Positions 24,011 through 36,000 are shown, counted from the stretch's first letter. The stretch is DNA of 64,000 nt from Vicugna vicugna (GCA_013265495.1 MU059256.1:5684473-5748472); one strand, 5' to 3'. Notes: a model not told the origin generated them from the sequence alone. Program-made: numbers and translations.

Positions 24011-27000
24011 CTGGTCTAATGATGCCCAAGCTGGCAGGTCCAGGTCCACTGTCCTTGCCCCAGGGATTCTGGGGATGTCACCTGCAAGTGGATCATGTAT
24101 TTGGGCCTTAGGCTGGCTGAGGCCACATCTGTGCTCTTACGCTGGTGGTGATAGACTGACTTTGATGAACCGACTTCAGAGTGGGCGGGAGGTCAAGGTT
24201 GGGGCCCTCACCACCTGCCAGCCTGAGGTTTCCCTGCTGTGCCCCCAGTCAGGGCAGCTCTGGGCTCCTCCCCGTCAGATCCACACTCAGCTCTGCGTGG
24301 TGGTCAGCCCCGGAGTGCAGAGCGAATAAAGAGCCAGGAACAAGGGCCCTTTGTCGGTGGGAGCTTCTTCTGGTTCCAATTATTCTGCGGAGCACGAGAG
24401 AGTTGGGAGTGAGTGTGGGTCAGGAGCCTGCTAGGCCAGGAGTCAGGGGCTCCTCCACCCCAGGTCCCTCCCTCTGGCCCCCGAGGGGTCTGTTGTTCCT
24501 GTTTGACTCTGCTCGAGGGTCAAGCGTGCCAGCTTTATTGCCCTGGGAGCTGAGCTCCAGGGTGTTGACTGGAGTCCCTTCTACTCCAGTTCCTCACGGC
24601 TGGTACCCGGAGGTGCCTGGGTCCCTCCCTGGGTGGAATGACAGACGGTATTACTGTGGGTCCTTGACACCTTCTCCCACACATCCTTCAGGCCATGCTG
24701 ACCACAGCTGGGCCCCCTGGGAGTGGCTGGTTTTGACTGGGATGGGGGTTGGCTATGAGAAAACCTTGACCTGTGGGGCTAGCCAGAGAGCTTTTACCTT
24801 TCATTCCCCCACCCAGCCTCTAACCCCCAGCCTGGCACCTCACAGCCCTAGGCAGCTCCCTGCCCTGGGACACCACAGTGGCCATACTGGGTGTGGCTTT
24901 CCAGCCTCCCACCTGCCCGCAGCCTGGGCCAAGTGTGCACGTCCAGGAGAGGCATCTGCTTTGAGTGTTTTATGTCTGGCTGCCTGCTGCCTCTAGCAGG
25001 TCCATGTGGGGCCCTTCCCTTGGCCGCTGTCATCACCACTGTGCCAGCCCGAAGGCACCTGGGGACGGGGTCAGCTTGGGCACCAGGGCTGTTCCTCTCT
25101 GTGCCTCTGACCCCACCTCTTCCCAGGGCCCAGGTGACTAGAGCCATTGTTGTCCCACTCACCCCAGCCGTTCCAGACGTATTTGTGTTCAGTGCCTCAC
25201 CTGCTGTCCCTCTTCAGGGCAGGTCTGGATGGCTCAGTTATACTTGGAGAGTGAAGTGGTCAGCAGGATGGGGGAAAGCCAGGGGCAGGATCCCATGAGA
25301 GGGCTGGCCCTGCTGTCCCGGGACTTTCCCAGGCTTGTGAGACAACCTCTCTTCTGGCCCATGCTCAGCCGCCTCCATCTCCCAGGTGTTCCTGATGTGG
25401 GGAGCCTGGACTCTGTCCAGGGCGTTTTGGAGACAGGAAGATTCGGTAGGAAGCAGATGGAAGCTCAAGTCTCTTCTCCCTCCTGCCCCGTTTGGGGACG
25501 TCCCCTTGGCAGGCAGGCAGGCAGGCGTGGTGCCCGCTCCCCAGGCCCGCCTGTAAGGGGTGGGAGGCAAGTAGAGAAGCTGATCTGGAGAGGACCTTGG
25601 GAACTGATTCGTTCAGGCCCTGAGAACAGCCTGCCTCTCAGTGAGACAAAAGAGGGAGGGCTCTCCCAGCTCCGGGACCAGGGACTCCTAGACTCAGAGG
25701 CAGAAGGCTCAGGTGTGATCGCAGCTCCACCACCTGATAGCAAGGTCACCTCTCCAAGTGCTTCCTCTCGAACCAGTGCGCGTCTTCGATGTGTCCTTGG
25801 GAGACAGTACCCAGCATCCTGCACACATCCTGTGACAGGCAACCTCCCTGCTGGTGGAGGCTGCAACTTCACCCTCCTAGGATGTCCCGCTTTTGATTTT
25901 ATTCAAAACCTTTGAGCAAAGGACTTAGGAGAAGGATTGCTGGGGACTCCTTGCCTGAGGGCTGAGTCTGGACATGAATGCTGATCAGGGGGCACCTTCA
26001 GTGGGCTCTGCCCGCCTTCCTCGCTGTGGCTCTGCAGAGCCCACCACGGCCCCTCACTCAGCCCCCCTTACCGTGGCTCTTGGTGAAGGTCTGACCCCTA
26101 GGTGCAGCCCACTCCCCGGGGAGGGCTGGGTGCGGCCTGTTCACACCCTTGGCGGCAAGAACTGAACTGCACTGGCTTCAGGGCCAAAGTGACCCATAAA
26201 ACAGCAGCCTGACTGACAGAATGAGATAAGTGTTATCCTATTGTAAGGCCATTGAAGGGAACCCACACTAGCAAAGCCGAGGCCCAGAGTTTTCCCAAAG
26301 CAGAGAGTAGAGATAAGACATGAGTCTCAGATCCAGGACTCTGACCGAAAGTTTCTTTGAAAAGCCCCTCATCTCTTGGCCTCCATATCTACCCACCCTG
26401 AGGGGGAGCGAGGTTCTCTGGCCGTGGTTGACAGTGGTTCTCATCGGAACTGCTATGAGCCCGTCCCCTTGAAAGGAGGACCAGGAGCTTTAGAGTCTGC
26501 AGGGCTTGGGGATCATTGGGGGGACCTGAAGTGCCCCCAGCAGAGGGAGGTGGACAGAGGCCATGTGAGTGGGTAGGGTTGGCCTCACTTCAGCCAGGGT
26601 CCTCTGCTCCCTGCTTCTGCTGTCATCTGACTGCAGGCAGGGGAACTTCAGCATAGCTTATATTTGGAAAGAAAGGGGAGGAATTCCCTCTGCTTAAAAA
26701 AAATTTCATTGATGACCACTTGTCTGGCCCAAGCTCCTGTTTGACAGGTGTAGAAACTGAGCCCGGAGAGAGAAAGTGTCTGTCAAGCCCACAGTGACCA
26801 GACAGGACTCACATCCAGGTTCCCTGGTTCCCAGGAACTTTCTTCTGTTCATTTTGACTCAGAGCTGGGTGAAAAGAGTTGCTTAATACTAGCGAAAGAG
26901 AAAAAGCATGGAGGTTCAGCAGACCCTGATTTCAAACCCTCCTGCCTAAGGCTGCTGTGTTTCCATTGTGTGGCCTGGGAGGTCCCCTGGAGTGCTCTGC

Positions 27001-29939
27001 CCACTGGCTGTCCCGGGAGACCTGGCCATGCCACCTGCATCCTGTGAGCAGGAGGGGGTCTGGGTGTCAGTCTGGCCATGAGTTACGTCCGTGAGTTGTG
27101 TGGGAAGGCATGAATGGACACGTCGGGGGCATGCTTTGCCCACTCTGTCCCTGGGTGGGTTTTGTTTGAGATGAGCAAGATGTTCCCAAAGGCTCAAGTG
27201 GATTTTCCATCCTCTTCCGTGACCAAATATGCCGTGAGAATCACTAGGGGTGGCCAGGGACACATCAGGATGGTTCTGCAGCGGATGAGCTATGTGGCTG
27301 TCAGCCTCTCCAGCCCACCTTGAGCCACCAAGCACCCTCAAGATGAGTGCCAGGCCGAAGGGAGAGTGAGGCTGTGTGGGGAACAGCATGTGCTTTGCAC
27401 TGTCATGTGAATTGGTCTTGGGAGACAGGAGGGTCAGCTACATCTTGAGCAGGGTGGATTGGGCTGTGCAGAAACTGTCTTTTATTCCTGGCTGCCCCCT
27501 GTCCCAGCACCACTGACACCTCAAACCTTGAGTCCATCCTAGAAACTGTTCCCCACCCCTGCCCTAGGCAGCCATCTGAAGCTACCAGTAGCCACTATCT
27601 ACAGAGTTGAGGCTCCAGAGCTTGGAGACCCACAACCTGTGCATAGCTGTCTAGCAGGCAGGGCCCAGCCCTGGGAAGTGCTGGCCTGGATGCCTGAAAC
27701 AGCCTTTGGTGGTTATCTCAGGATGGGTGGGTCAGTGGTGAGGTGGCCAGGGCTCAGTTTGGCCAAGTAAGCTGTGACCCGTTCAAGGTCTTCCCCGGCT
27801 GGCAGGTGGTGGGTATCTATTCAGTGACAAATGAATGAGTAAGTGAATGAAAATGTAGCTTCTAGGCTTGCTCTGCCGTTGGCTACTCGGTGATTTTGAG
27901 CAAAGTGTTCATGTCCCCAGGCCTACTGCAGGCCTGGAACATAGTAGATGCTCAGAAAGGGTAGATGGAAAAACATAAGAGGTCTCACTTTCTCATTCGC
28001 TGAAGATCTCTGCCCTTCCCATCCATAATCTGAGTTAGGACTGGCACAGAACAAGGGGAGAACCCTTGTGAGGATGCAGGGACTCCAGAGCCGTTCATCT
28101 TAAGGGGACTTTCCCACCCTCCATCCCCCGTTCCCCTATAATCGGCCACCCTCCCCGCCAACTCGCACACCCTCTGCGTAGGCCCCAGCTCCTGGGCATT
28201 GTCTGCCCTGCTGGTTCTCTCCCCCCGGGACTCCAGTGCCTGTCTCTGGGCAGGGACCGCTGTGGGCTTCCTTTCTGCAGCTCTCACACCCCACCTGCTC
28301 TCCACCACCATCCTCCTCCCGGCTCTGGTCCCGTCCTATGCAGGACCCATCCACGCTGCCCTCCTCTGGGGCTGCAAAGGTGGGTTATTGGCGGACCCCA
28401 ACCATGTCTCTCCTGGTCCTCGCCCTCAGTGCCACCCTGGGCTCCTCAGGCTCCAGCACCCAGACTCTCGGGGTGGCCCGTGGGGGCTCTCCCCTCCCCC
28501 TCACTCCCAGGCTGTCCTCGCTGGGGTACCTGTGGCCTTGGTCTAGCTGGCTGCTCGGAAACCCCCTTTCCTGCTCTAGAGTCATTTGGCCGACAGGGAC
28601 AAAGGATCCAGGTTCTAGTTTGGGCTGAGGGGAAGATGAAAGTCGTTCCAGTGGGAAAAGGAGGTCACTCCAGAGAAGTAGCAGCAGCATCCCAAGGGTC
28701 TGAGAAAGAACTTTCCTCCTGTGTTCACAGGCTGGAGGATTTGCCTGGGAGCCGTCTCCACTCCCAGTTGTCACCAGGGCAGCTCTGGTGGCAGTCCCTG
28801 CCTCTCCCGCCCACACAGCTCAGGCTGTATATATTCCCTGTTGACCATTTTTTTTCTTCAGTGATACACTGCTAATCACTGTAGCCTGATTCTGCCTCAT
28901 TCGCAGCTGTGCTGGGTGGCTGGTCCCAGCCACCCCGGGTACCTACCCCTCCCTCAGTATAACCCAAGGCCCAGTCCTGCATCTCCCTAGGGATGGCCCT
29001 TTTCATTCCTCTGGCAGAGAGCATGGGGAGGGGATTTGGGAGGATGGAACAGTCTACTAGGAATGTTTTTAATTCCAAAGTCAGTGACATCTGTTCATGT
29101 GGGCCTTCCCGCCCAGGCTCTGTTTATCCAGACAGGGGGCCCTTGCATGTCCTCAGAGGCCAGTTCTGCCAGGTGTGGCAGGATAGACAGAGAGGAGGGA
29201 GTGTGGTCACTTCCTAGGTGACTGGGACAGCCTGAGCCTAGCTAACTCAGCGAGGCCCAGGAAGGGTCTGCGGTGGGATGGAGGGATGAGAACTCAGACT
29301 GCTGCTTTTGAGGAACTTGATAGGAACACTTGTCTTGTATCCCTCCCCGCTGCCACAGCCTGCTTCTAGACCACTGCTTCCAGGAAGGAGTGAGTCAGGC
29401 TTGAGGACGAGAAGGCAAATCTGTGCTGTCCCCAGAGAGAGCCCCCAGCCCAAGGGAGGAAGAAAAGATGAGCATCTCAAGGGAAGAGCCTCCCAGCAGC
29501 TCCCCATCTGCTAAGGCGCTTATGTCACCATGGAGACCAGTTGGCCATCTTTCATCCAATCAGAGCTTGCTTTACCCAGACAAGTGTTGAACCTGGGGTT
29601 CCTCAGACAGACAAGGGTAGGGCTTTGGGAACAGGATCTGCATTGCCCCCCTTCTCTCACATGTCCAGTGGAGGGATGCATCTTGCACAGCATCTCCCAA
29701 ACTGCGCCCTGTGGCATATGACCCAGATAGAGGACAGAGAACCTTAGAAAATCAGCAAGGGGCCAGTTCTGAAGTTAACAGCTGGCAGTGCCAAGCACAG
29801 ACCATGTGTCTGCAGCAGGTGAACGTGGTCAGCAATTATAACGGCACCTTACCAGCCAGTTACACAACCAGCACTTGCACATTAGCTGAGGGATATGGAG
29901 CAAAGCTGGGGAGGGTGGCTTTTTTCCACAGCTCTTCAG

Positions 29940-30140
29940 ACCCACACTAACCCTTCCTCCTCCAAGAAGCCTTCCCTGATTCCCTCTGGCTAGAAATTTC
30001 CTCTCTTTTCTCTCAACTTTCATGGCACTTGATCTGTGCTGTTCTTGCAGCCTAGGACTGGATTTCTTGAGGGCAAAGACGATGCTTTGTCCATCTAGGG
30101 GTGATGCATGGTAGGTGCACAATTCGTATTTGCCAAACGC
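29940..30140 (+). mobile_element. L2 3' end
   Basis: cctcctccaagaagccttccctga...ttcttgagggcaaagac. Confidence 0.7.
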
Positions 30141-32329
30141 CTGAAGGCTCTTCTGCCTTCTGTTAAGGGGTGTTTAAGCCTTCATCTTTTCTCCTCTCTC
30201 AGGCTGTCAGCTCTGTCGAGCACAGGCTTTTGATGCATCTTTGTGATTCCTCAGCCCCTGTCTGGGGTTGAGCTGAGAGCCAGGCCCTCAGTCAGTGGCT
30301 CTTCAATGAAGTGACTCGAATGAGGAGGTGGAGACCGCAGGAATGAGTGGAACCTTCCTGGAGGAGATGGGTTTTGTGCAGTCGGTGGGGAGGAAGCTGC
30401 CGGCCCCTCATGGGGCTGGAGGAAGCCTCTTTGCAGAGGCAGCACCCAGGTGCCTTGGGAGAGCAGGTAAGGGGTGGGTCAGGAAGGGGACTCAGGTCCC
30501 CACTGGAGGGGGAACACAGGCATGTCCCTGCCTCAGTGGTCTCTTCCCCTCCCACTCAGGGGACTGGGAAAGCTGTTGTGACTCCGCCTCATTTAGCTGC
30601 CTTGGCTTTGGGCAACTTTGGCTCAGGTGTGAGGGAGCTTTGTGCAGCCCTGGCAGTCCAGCCCTGCCTGCACTGTGCAGAAGCGGGTGTGGAGCGTGGA
30701 GCCCTGGAAGAGGTGGGGCTGGCCTGGCTGCCCTGCAGGGACCACAGAGCCTAGCAGAGTCCTGGGGCCCTGCTTCCACCAGCCAGGCAGAAGGCAGCAC
30801 AGCACCAGACCCCACCACCCCGGGATATCACGGTGTCGAGGACAGGGCCAGATCTCTCTGTTCGTGGCCCAGCCCTGCCTGGTCTTGGGCAAGTGGCTTA
30901 GCTTCTCTGTACCCTTAGTTTCTTCAAATGGGGATGCCGGGACATACTTGCCAAGATTGGGGGAGCAGTGAATTACTCCATGTGGAGGGTTAACATGGTG
31001 TCTGTCGCCTAGTAAACTTGGGGAAGGGCACCTCTTGCTGTGACCAGGTCTTGGCTACCTCTGCAGTGAAGCCACGCCTTTCTCTAAAAGCACCGAGAGT
31101 TCTGGTGTTAAACCCCAAGACCTGCATGCCGGTTGAGATCCAGCAGGAGCATTCCAGGTGCCAAAGGCTGCTTTTGGGCCCTGACTCTTCTGCCCTGGGG
31201 TCCTGACCCAGCTCCTTTTCCTGAATCCAGAGAACCAGCCACACTTCAGTGAGACCAGTGGTTGTGAGCACAGGGCCTTAGGAGACCTGTCACTGGCCAG
31301 CTGCAATTCCATGACCTCAGGTGAGAATTTCACCTCCCTGAGCCCTAGTCTCACAACTCTAAACTGGGGACAATAACACCAACATCACGTAAGTCGAGGG
31401 GCTTCAGTGCAAGTGGATATTTGAATGCCCTTTGCCTGGGACCTGTCTCACGGTTCACACTGGGAAAATACTGGTTGCCTTCCTCCCCTGTGCCAAGCTC
31501 TGCAGGGTGTGATGCCCTGGACACCTCTGGGATGTGGGGACCCTAACCATCTGGGCTTTAGGCCTTTCTCTGTTCTCCAAACACCAGATTCTGATGTGTA
31601 TCGTTACCTTAGGAGATGATTAATTTCTGACTCGGGCTAAAACTTTTATCAACTTGTGGGTCAAGAACAAGGTCTTACTCCTCTATCCCAGGGCACCCAG
31701 CACAGAGTTGGCTGATTGCCTCTTTGCCAGTGGACGTCCTGTGCCCCAGCAGCACAGCCTTTTCTGGTGAGGGGCACAGGGCCACAGTTAAAAGCGTGGT
31801 GGGAGGAGGACTTCTTTTTGGGCATCTGTAACCAGTGTCGTCCTTGGCTTTTGCTCTTGTCCAGGGAGAAAGCTCTTGGTAGCTGATTCCCTCTGGGGCC
31901 ATGGAAGCCCAGGGGGCTGCCCTGCTGGGGATCTTCTTTATTCTTTGCACAGGAGGAGGTTTTTGAGTGCCAACCCACGAGTCTGGCCCCGTCAGACTGA
32001 GCCATCACTGAGCTGGCATTGAGGGAGGCGTTTGGGGCAGGTGTTGGGTGTAGAGGAAGCGGGACTCCAGGGCAGTGTGGGTCCTCTGCTCCGGACAAGG
32101 GCAGCTATTGGTGATGGAAACGCAACTCCTGCCCCTGAGCCCTGGCCCCTGCAGACCCCTTCTGGCTCCCCCCAGCCTCCCTCAGACACCCCAGCCCCCA
32201 GGAGCCGCCTGGTGGGGAAGGGGTTAACCCGCGCTGTAGAGGGGGAAGGAACTGGCCAGTTGAGCTGCTTGTCAAACTTTATTTAGTAGGGGCTGGAGGG
32301 AGGGCCGCAGGGTGCCTGAGGAGGAGGAG

Positions 32330-33010
32330 GCCCGGCCGCCAAGAGTTAAAACCCGGAGGTTGGGTGTTTTGGAGGGGGCAGCCTCCAGCGCCTCCTTTGA
32401 GTCACTTCCTCCGGTGGGGGCGGGGGCTCCCCGGCGGCCTCGGCGGTTGGTGTGCGGCGCGCAGGGCCGTGTCCCGCTAGCCTGGCCGGGACCAGCCGTC
32501 CGCTGGTGCTGCTCCAGCGGAGGGAGGAAAAAGCCGAGCCCCGCACCATGCGCTCCCCTGCCCGGCTCGAGTAACAGCCCCGGCGACTCGACTCGGCTGA
32601 GGCTGCCCCCGCTCCCTCCCTCCCTGCCAGCCGGCTCCGGACCCCGGAGGCCCGCGCCTCTCCTGCGTCCCGTCCCGGAGCTGAGCGGGCCCGCAGGCAG
32701 GGTCGCCGTCGGGCCGGGCTCTGCCGCCGCCAGCATGACCGACGTCCTGCCTCAGCCGGACTGCAGCCTGACGGCGGTGTGCGAGCCCCTGGAGCGCTGC
32801 TGCCTGGATCCGCTGGAGGAGCCGGGGAGCAAGCGGCCCCCCAACACCGGCGCCCGGCTCTGGGGCCGCGTGCGCAGCAAGCTCCTCCGCCAGAAGGTGC
32901 CTGAGGGGCCGGAGTGGGTCGGAGCGGGTGGACTAGAGGGAGCTGGGCTGGGGAGGGGGGTGCTGCGCCGCTCGGCACCCCTTTTTTGGAGCTCACTGCG
33001 CCTCCTGCCT
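32330..33010. promoter_or_regulatory. ABR: CpG island / internal promoter of the short ABR isoform
   Basis: Dense CpG; AP-1/ETS composite at 32398-32410; GC box at 32416-32426; strong Kozak gccgccgccagcATG. Confidence 0.88.
32735..32896 (+). CDS. ABR: ABR alternative first coding exon (GAP-only isoform): MTDVLPQPDCSLTAVCEPLERCCLDPLEEPGSKRPPNTGARLWGRVRSKLLRQK
   Basis: ATG in strong Kozak context; 54 codons; phase-0 donor AAG/gtgcct compatible with exon 17; resembles the human short-isoform N-terminus as I recall it (MTDVLPQPDC...KRPPNTGARLWGRVR). Confidence 0.88.
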
Positions 33011-36000
33011 GACTGGACAGAATCTGAGGTATGCTGTAGGTCGGCTCTAAGTGGCCTTAATTTTCTGATTAATGCTTTTGCTACCCCCATCCCAAACCCG
33101 GGCTGCTTTCTCTGCATCTGTCCCTGTCTGAAGAAAAGGAGAAGGGGGTCTCCCGTGATAAAGGACTGCCTGGCTCCTTTTTGCGTCTCTATGGACAGAA
33201 ATAGGAACAGACCAGGCCAGGGGCTCCTGGGTCTCAGTTTCCCCCGCAGCGCCCAGCCCAGGCCCCACCCACTGCGTCCAGCGGACATTGTTGGCTGCCC
33301 CTTTGCTGGGGGGCACCAGCAGGAGCACCTCAGCACCACCAGCCTTGTGGGGTTCCTTTGTGCAGGATTGTGGGCATCATTCTCCAGCAGGGAAGAAGGG
33401 GAGGGTTGTGGGGAGGTCGTCATGCTGCTGAGTCTGGGGGCTATAGGCTGCCTCTTCAGGGACCACCCAGAGGACTGCTGGCCCGGTGCCAGCCAGGCAC
33501 CAGGCAACTCAATCAGTGTTCCAGGGGTTTCCTGACCCAGCGGGCAGCTCAGACCAAGCTGTGCCAGGGCAGACTGCCCATCCTGCCTGCTGCCCCAGAC
33601 CTGGGTGGGGATGAAAATCTGAGATAGAAGCTGACTGTCCTGCAGCTGGGCAGGCTGCCCCAGGGCTGGCTTTGAGTCCTGGCATCGGGCATCCAAGGAA
33701 CAGCCAGACTAGTGCCCAGGACACAGTAAGCACTTGATAACTGTAGACCAAATGAACTGCCAAAGCAAAATGTCACAGGGTGCTGTCCTGGCTAGCCAGG
33801 GCCATGCTCATCCTTCAAGGTAGTGATAAGGAAGGCTGTGGCTAGTCTGTGTGGCTGATGGGGATTTGTAAGCCCTCCGTGGCTCAGAGGGAGACCCTCT
33901 GCTCAGGTCCTTGCTGCCAGCCAGCACAGAGGCTCCTGGCACCTGCGAAGAGGAAATGATCTTGGGCCCATTGGCTCCTTGTCTAGTTTCATCCCCTGCC
34001 AGTGGGGCATACTTGACCTCCCAGAGGTGACATCAGTCCTGGAAAGTGCCAGGCAGGGCAGCAACTTGAGCTGTCCTGTGTTGGCCCCTGTGTCACCTTC
34101 CACCTCTCCAGGGACCAGGCTAGCAGAGCCCTGCTGGCCTCAGCTGCTATCAGAGCCCCTCTGTGCTGAGGCAGCTGTCTGTGCCCGGCAGCATGGAGCC
34201 ATCCCCTGCCTGTACCCCCTCCTAGCCACTGCTGAGGCCAGCAGACACCAACCCAAGGCTCATTGTCCACTTCCAGACCTGGAGGCTGGCAAGAAAGGGA
34301 CCCAGCAGGTTCCTGGCCCTGTGCCAGCCAGAATCCTTCTGGTTTACCTGCCCCTTTGGGCAGGGGCCTGGCAGGTAGGAGGTAGTTTTTAAACCCTGAA
34401 AGCCCAGACTTTTACTTCTTGCTGTGCGTTAGTGACTAGCGAAACTAAGAAGCCACTTCAGGAATTCTTCAGCTGGCTTTGCCTCTTGTGTATTATCTGA
34501 CAGCTCCATGTCTGATGGTGCGCTCTGGGCAAGGGTGGCGGGCCAGCCAGGCGCTGGGCTGCTGAGCTGGTTGGCGTCAGTGCAACTGCAGGGTGGCTCT
34601 AGAGCTGGGATGTTCTGTATGGCGGGTGATTCAGTCCCCGAGCCCCTGCTGTGTGACCAAGTATGTAGGTGTCAAAGACACAAGGGTCTGCACTGTGGGT
34701 GACTGAGGGACAGTCATTCACCCTGCTGTGCCTGCCTCGCTGTGACCGGGCTGGTGGGTGAGCAGGCAGACTTGTAGAGCCAGGCCAGCTGCCCACCTCC
34801 CTTCTTTCCCCAGCTGCATTAACCTATTTTGTTCAGTGCAGCAGGCTCACTGCCAGGAGAGGGGGCTGGGATCAGGCTGCAGCTTAGGTGAGTGGGGGAA
34901 GGGTGCCAGGTACTGGCCAGCATGGCAGGAGGGGTTGCCTTCATTAACTCCTCATTTAACTTTGCCGCAAGGATTTGATGCTGCGGATCAAATCCCGAGA
35001 CACCTGTGGCCCTCCTGCTCCCAGTTTACTAAAGATTCATGAAAGGCTGGAGAAGGGTGTATGTGACTCATCTGGGGACACTGTGCTGGGGCTGAAGAAT
35101 CTATTTGGATGGAAAAAGCCCAGTATTAACCTGTGGAGCCTTCGGCAGTAGGGGTCTACAGTTGCTGGAAAAGCAGAGACAAGGACCACTCGCAGCCTCT
35201 CTTTGGGTCCTTGGTCGGGGGCTGTGGTTGGGGTTGTGCTTGTCCCCAAGGAGAGTCCTGGGGCTGTAGCCTCAGTCCAGCCTCTGACTTGGCAGTCAGA
35301 TTGTTGTGCAAGCACTTAGCAGAGGAGACACGTGGCATTTGAGTTTGTGGGCTCTGCCAGTGCTCTTAGCGTTTAACTTCACATTTCTTCTTTCCTTCCC
35401 TTTTTTTTTTTTTTTTGACTTTAAATCATACTCAAGGAGACCAGCCTCGCTGCCTGCTCTTCCTCTCATCCTGCCTGTTTCTAGATCCTTAAGTTGCACT
35501 TTGGAGGGAGAGGGGCTGAAAGAGGAATCCCATCCTCACCCCTCACACACAAGGTGTCAAAAGGTTTTAATGGGGGTCACTTGTGGGAGCCAGAGAGGCT
35601 AGGAGTGCCCCAGGGAGGCAGAGGCCAGGCCAGAAGCATTTGTCTCAGGCAGGGGATGAGGGGAGTCCATGCCCCTGCTGTTGCCCTGCAGCCAAGGTGA
35701 GAACGTCCCACCTAGACCAGGCCAGATCCTGGCCAGAGCGGAGACTCAGGCTGAACTGGCAGGGTCCAGGAGAGTGGGTGGGAGTTAAGGATGGTTCCTC
35801 CAGACTTAATCTCTGCTTCGAGCGGTGTCTGAGATTCCCCACCTCCAAAGAGCTTCTCTCTAGAAGCCAGAGGCTGACAAGTTCAACCAAGATGTTTCTT
35901 GCTGAGTCCCAGAACAAGCCCACCTGCTCTGTGATGGGGTTTGTGCCCCTCTACCTCCAAGGAAGGTCAGACGTGCTACCCAAGGAAGAATAGGATGGGA

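Noticed and set aside
24181-25915. 271-aa and 228-aa ORFs
   Set aside because: Low-complexity GC-driven open frames with no recognisable homology or gene structure
32346-33696. 216-aa and 314-aa antisense ORFs, and the 407-aa sense ORF taken as a whole
   Set aside because: Explained by CpG-island composition; only 32735-32896 of the sense ORF looks like ABR coding sequence
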